A stretch of DNA of 31,444 nt, from assembly GCA_003144275.1 (NCBI GenBank), contig NJBF01000042.1:1-31444 (forward strand), written 5' to 3'. The number at the start of each line of letters is the position of its first letter. Positions within the stretch are counted from its first letter, which is position 1. Below the pieces are notes generated by a model. It ran no database searches. It was not told where the DNA came from and worked only from the letters and a program-made list of their open reading frames with translations. This DNA comes from Candidatus Heimdallarchaeota archaeon B3_Heim. GTDB lineage: Archaea > Asgardarchaeota > Heimdallarchaeia > Hodarchaeales > Hodarchaeaceae. Position numbers and translations under genes: made by a program. Shown here piece after piece: positions 27,512 to 31,444 of the stretch.

Positions 27512-28243
27512 ATGGATACGAAAAGACATCTAATAATGGAATTTGCAAATCCGATACGAATTGAAATTTTACAACAGTTGAATTACGCCTCTTTCTCGTT
27601 TACTTCTCTCTCAAAAAAGTTGAATATATCTAATTCGGAAGTTTCACGACATTTAAATAGACTAATCGAGCAGAGGCTTGTACAAAAAGAACGAGGATCA
27701 AAAAAATTAATTTTAACATCATTTGGAGAGCTCATGATAACTGCTTTTGCCCCCCTCGATTTCATCCTCCATCATGCAGAATATTTTCAAGAGCATGGTT
27801 TATTTAATCTCCCTACATCATTTATACGAGATTTAGATCAACTTTCAGACAGTGAACTGATACAGGGAACGGGAAATGTCATGTTGAAGCTACAGGAGAT
27901 CACCGAAGCACTAAAAGAAGAGGTTTGGGTCATGACTGATCAAGCATTTCCATTTGGTAAACAAATGATGGATACACGATATATTGTACCACCAGAAATG
28001 GCTAAATATCGACCTCATATTAAAGACTACAACCGGAGTACAGTCGCCCGAGTATTACCACATATTTCGACTGCGGTGTTGATTGCTGATGGAGAAACAG
28101 GTGTCTTATTTTTTCCAGACAATCATGGAAATCCTGAATTTAGTCAAGGATTTTATGTGAAAAAAGAGGACAAATTAGGATTAGAATACATTCTACGACT
28201 TTGGGGTCATTATTGGGAGAAAGGAGAAGTCGTTTCTGAATAA
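27512..28243 (+). CDS. Archaeal winged-helix (ArsR-like) transcriptional regulator with C-terminal domain
   Basis: ANPIRIEILQQL..SFTSLSKKLNISNSEVSRHLNRL..LV..LTSFG wHTH pattern; AAAACTTTAAAT promoter-like motif at 27483-27494. Confidence 0.85.
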   Translation: MDTKRHLIMEFANPIRIEILQQLNYASFSFTSLSKKLNISNSEVSRHLNRLIEQRLVQKERGSKKLILTSFGELMITAFAPLDFILHHAEYFQEHGLFNLPTSFIRDLDQLSDSELIQGTGNVMLKLQEITEALKEEVWVMTDQAFPFGKQMMDTRYIVPPEMAKYRPHIKDYNRSTVARVLPHISTAVLIADGETGVLFFPDNHGNPEFSQGFYVKKEDKLGLEYILRLWGHYWEKGEVVSE

Positions 28244-28265
28244 CAAAGTACTCACTTATTTTTGA

Positions 28266-29057
28266 AAGATCCAAATTAAGCCCTTAAAAGAATGGGTACC
28301 TCTATCTATTATTCTTAATAAACTAACAGAATCATTTAACAATTTATTTGGTTTTCAAGATAATGGATCTTATGGAATTAATTTTTCAGAGGTTAATTGG
28401 ACAGGATTTGGGTTAAAGCCCTTTATAGACAATTTACAGATTAAAAATGAACGGTATAAGCAGATATTCAAGCAGGATATTAATTCGAAAGAATCTTTGG
28501 TCTTCTGCCAACCCTTATATTGGACTTCCCTATTTACATTTTATGTATATGATTGGGTGGTCACAAGGAAAGAAACATCTAAGAGAGTATTACCATATTT
28601 AGATTTTTCATCCTTTTTCATCCTAGATAAAAATACTGATCTTTACAACGAATTCAAAGATAGAGTAAAAACAATGTGCTACTTAAGTGATTTTAGCTAT
28701 CATTCTCACCCTCGAACTATTTTCACTGCTCGAACGATTGGAATTGAGACAGACGTTATTATTACTAATAGCGAAGTCGAACAGGTAATTCAATCTGATC
28801 TAATAATTGGGGGGATTTTCTCTAATCCCTGTACGAATAATCCTGATTTCTATAAGGAAATAAAAAAGAAAGCACCCTTATTACTTAATCTAACTAATTG
28901 GATTGGTTTTTTACGACAGACGGCCCTATTCCCATATAATGGAAACTATAGAGTATTCAATATACAAATTTTCGAAATTGATTATCCAGTAGGTGCGTCA
29001 GGACATGTCTTTAAAATCACTTTAGTGAATGAAACGGATCGAACCTACAAACGATAA
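28266..29057 (+). pseudogene. 5'-truncated hypothetical gene (263 stop-free codons, first canonical start 77 codons in)
   Basis: The frame of the 28497-29057 ORF is open back to TGA 28263-28265 with no ATG/GTG/TTG before 28497. Confidence 0.5.
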
Positions 29058-29090
29058 ATGCTAGGATAGTTTTTCGTGAAATGAAATGGT

Positions 29091-29402
29091 ATGAAGACGA
29101 AAAACGGATCCGACAACTCCTCTTTACAAGGAAGAAGCAACGATTATAGCAAGAAACTACTAGTGCATGATAAGACTTTTGAACGCTGGTGTCATTTTGC
29201 AGGGAAAGACCTTGATTCTCGGAAATTTAAATCTCATATCATGCGCTATTCCTTTGCTACACACTACTATAACGAATCAAAGGATGTAAAGCTAGTAGGG
29301 GATCTGTTGGGACATTCTAATGTTGCTACTACTTCTGATTACTTACGATTGGGGCAGAAAGAGACAATAGGTAAGGTTAGATCACTATTTGAACAGTCTT
29401 AA
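29091..29402 (+). pseudogene. C-terminal fragment of a XerC/D-like tyrosine recombinase
   Basis: SHIMRYSFATH (H-x-x-R), LLGHSNVATTSDY (H and catalytic Y); lacks the core-binding domain and first catalytic Arg; in-frame TGA at 29082. Confidence 0.8.
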
Positions 29403-29463
29403 CCTAATTTTCACTCTTTTTCCTCCTCTTTCTCTCCATATTATTCTCTTTGTTCTCCTCATA

Positions 29464-29880
29464 TTATGGATCAAATCTAATTAATTGCATTTCTTCTCTT
29501 CTTATTAAGAAAATAGGAAAAAAATGATTATAGTTCACAGTAAAAACACAAGAATTGTCACCAACTAATAAACATATTAAAAAATCAGCCAAATTCCAAC
29601 ATGGTTTTGATCTAAATGATAAATTCATTGAGGCTTTTCCTTCAGATTGAAAAGTTTCAACAAGATCATTCAGTGATTTTATTAGACGATTATCTGGATC
29701 AATCTTACAATCTTTACAAATCGTATTAATATTCTGCAAATAGAAATGGATTATTGAATGACTAGTATTAAAGATGTCTTTTAGTATTTCTAACCGATTC
29801 AGTTATTTAGATTTCCCACAACTATCATCAAATATCAAAGAATTATGAGTTGACGAATTGGAATTGACAACCTTGAGTCG
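29464..29880 (-). pseudogene. Degraded PIN-like nuclease remnant
   Basis: CWNLADFLICLL..VFTVNYNHF resembles the C-terminal half of PIN folds; the frame continues upstream through one TAA (29803-29805) to a stop at 29881. Confidence 0.35.
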
Positions 29881-29886
29881 TTATTT

Positions 29887-30087
29887 ATGGATAAAGAAGA
29901 CCAACAAGAGACTAGAAAAAGATTAATGGAATTATTGAATTCTGTGAGGTTTCCTGACCCCAAAATTTTCAAGAATCTACTGGAAGATTCAAAGAAGCTT
30001 TCTTTTGAAGGCTTTAAACAATATGATTTAGATAATTACTCTTCTCATATTCTGGACTGGGCATTACCGAGACACAATGCAAATTAA
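29887..30087 (+). CDS. Small hypothetical protein or gene fragment (66 aa)
   Basis: ATG-initiated ORF with protein-like charged helical composition; no recognisable motif. Confidence 0.35.
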   Translation: MDKEDQQETRKRLMELLNSVRFPDPKIFKNLLEDSKKLSFEGFKQYDLDNYSSHILDWALPRHNAN

Positions 30088-30295
30088 AATCTAGTGAATT
30101 AAATTCGAGTTTTGTGATTTTATCATGCGTAGCGTAAGTGTAAAAGGCCTAGGAGAATACCTGAGAGGAAGGAGGGTAAGAATTTGTTCATTTCCCACCC
30201 TGTGATGTGGTTTTTAGTAAAAAATTGTATTACCAAGTGGAATTTTTTGTTTTATTCTCGAATATATAGTACTCGATTGATGAGTAACTTTAATT

Positions 30296-31444
30296 CACTG
30301 GCCTTTTTAAATCTAACGAATTAGTTCATCACATTTTTATCACCTGACCTTTAAGATAACCTTTCTGCTATCAAGTAACAATCAGGCCAAGGTTCCAAGT
30401 CTGAATAACGTAAATTCTCAAGTAATAATGTTAAATGGTCTTGCCAACGAGTAAAACCGAGAAGAAGGAGATAATAAAAGAGGATGATCTGTAATAAGGT
30501 CACTAACAAGCAATGGGTAACAAAACTCATCCAAGATTTCCCCAATGGACGTTTAATTGTGGTGTGTTGTTTAATCCATTGAAACAAAGTTTCGATCTCC
30601 CAGCGTTCCTTTTGGAGTTGAAGCACCGTTAAGGGAGGAAGGGACAAATCATTGGTAAGAACGTTCCAGAGACTGTCGCTAGATGAATTTAACTTACCAA
30701 TAATTCGACGCCAAGGTTGGTCAGTCTTTGATCCCCAGACTAGAATTTCCAGGGGGCTATCCTCGGCTTGAGGAAAACTTAAGAATTCTATTTGAACTCC
30801 AATTAGAGTTCGTTTCTTCCAAGGAATGCTCCATCCCCATCCGCGAGTATCTAAGTCTTGAAAACGAGCTAATTTCCAATATCCCCGATCGAAAATTATA
30901 AATGGTTGAGGGTGATCAGTGATAGAATTTATAGACAACCAGCTAGTGATTTCTTCGGTTTCATTAAGTAGTACCTCAGCTACGGGAGATTCATGCTCAT
31001 GGCCTCCCGATGGTCCATAATTAGCAATGAATCCGTGGATTCCTTCCTGAATTGTGTGTATTCGCGCACTAGGGAAAGTCTGTTTCTTACTGGCAACATA
31101 CCCCCATGTGGCATAGGGATACCGATCTGGAGACAACTTTAAACTGGTACAATCTATCCGAAATGGATAATAACCTTGTTGAAGGAGAGTAAATTGAGCG
31201 CTTGAAGGAGTATTGGGTAATTTCCCTTGTGTCAAAGGAATTAAGTGTTGATAGGTCTGAAACGTCCGTACTAACACCTCCTGAATCCTTTTATCAGGAA
31301 TTTTTCGGGAATACTGCCCTTGAGTGGGTACGTTTCCTTGATAACCACAAATAGCTTGCCAGGATCTATTTTGCTCTAGCTGTCGCACAAAGGGTCGTAC
31401 CGCTTCGAATTTCTGAATCTGCATCAAGGAAAGACCTTTAATCC
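30296..31444 (-). mobile_element. IS4-family insertion sequence (partial; left end outside window)
   Basis: DDE transposase plus candidate terminal IR CACTGGCCTTTTTAA at 30296-30310; the partner IR is not visible. Confidence 0.7.
30351..31444 (-). CDS. IS4-family DDE transposase (N-terminus beyond window)
   Basis: FRIDCT (D1), FDRGY (D2), RWEIETLFQWIKQH (R-x3-E-x6-K); the frame stays open to the window edge. Confidence 0.92.
   Translation of the reverse strand, partial: IKGLSLMQIQKFEAVRPFVRQLEQNRSWQAICGYQGNVPTQGQYSRKIPDKRIQEVLVRTFQTYQHLIPLTQGKLPNTPSSAQFTLLQQGYYPFRIDCTSLKLSPDRYPYATWGYVASKKQTFPSARIHTIQEGIHGFIANYGPSGGHEHESPVAEVLLNETEEITSWLSINSITDHPQPFIIFDRGYWKLARFQDLDTRGWGWSIPWKKRTLIGVQIEFLSFPQAEDSPLEILVWGSKTDQPWRRIIGKLNSSSDSLWNVLTNDLSLPPLTVLQLQKERWEIETLFQWIKQHTTIKRPLGKSWMSFVTHCLLVTLLQIILFYYLLLLGFTRWQDHLTLLLENLRYSDLEPWPDCYLIAERLS

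Noticed and set aside
30120-30240. Slightly GC-richer stretch checked for a tRNA (integrase target) or riboswitch
   Set aside because: No cloverleaf, T-loop or riboswitch consensus could be built.
30322-30347. GGTGA RBS followed by ATG-TGA just after the IS4 transposase stop (minus strand)
   Set aside because: Start-stop only; no downstream ORF to regulate within the element end.

Overview
AT-rich archaeal chromosomal window, most likely from an Asgard archaeon (Heimdallarchaeia/Hodarchaeales-like). This is inferred from GGTGA-type ribosome-binding sites, BRE/TATA promoters, a Rab-like GTPase, a 7TM-longin fusion and a giant alpha-solenoid. From left to right: (1) a tungsten-type aldehyde:ferredoxin oxidoreductase downstream of three tandem beta-grasp (MoaD/SAMP-like) genes, two of which have an internal, masked Gly-Gly; (2) an ATGA-coupled three-gene membrane operon encoding a beta-helix surface protein, a 1243-aa membrane protein built from exact 93-aa/279-bp hairpin plus amphipathic-helix repeats, and a membrane protein with zinc ribbons at both ends; (3) a 7TM-longin protein, NnrE, a Rab-like GTPase and a 625-aa membrane protein; (4) a ~730-bp intergenic gap holding an unannotated, protein-free IS607/TnpB-type omega-RNA-like unit with its own candidate TATA box inside a ~450-bp MITE-like element; (5) an NMP-kinase-like gene, a 140-aa hypothetical and a 1307-aa solenoid; (6) glgA, hisS, a frameshifted MFS transporter, pyrG and an ArsR-type regulator; (7) a decayed accessory region with a start-less ORF, an integrase C-terminal fragment and a PIN-like remnant, ending in an IS4 transposase cut by the window edge. 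No tRNA, rRNA or CRISPR array was recognised. All family assignments are by-eye motif recognition, not database searches.
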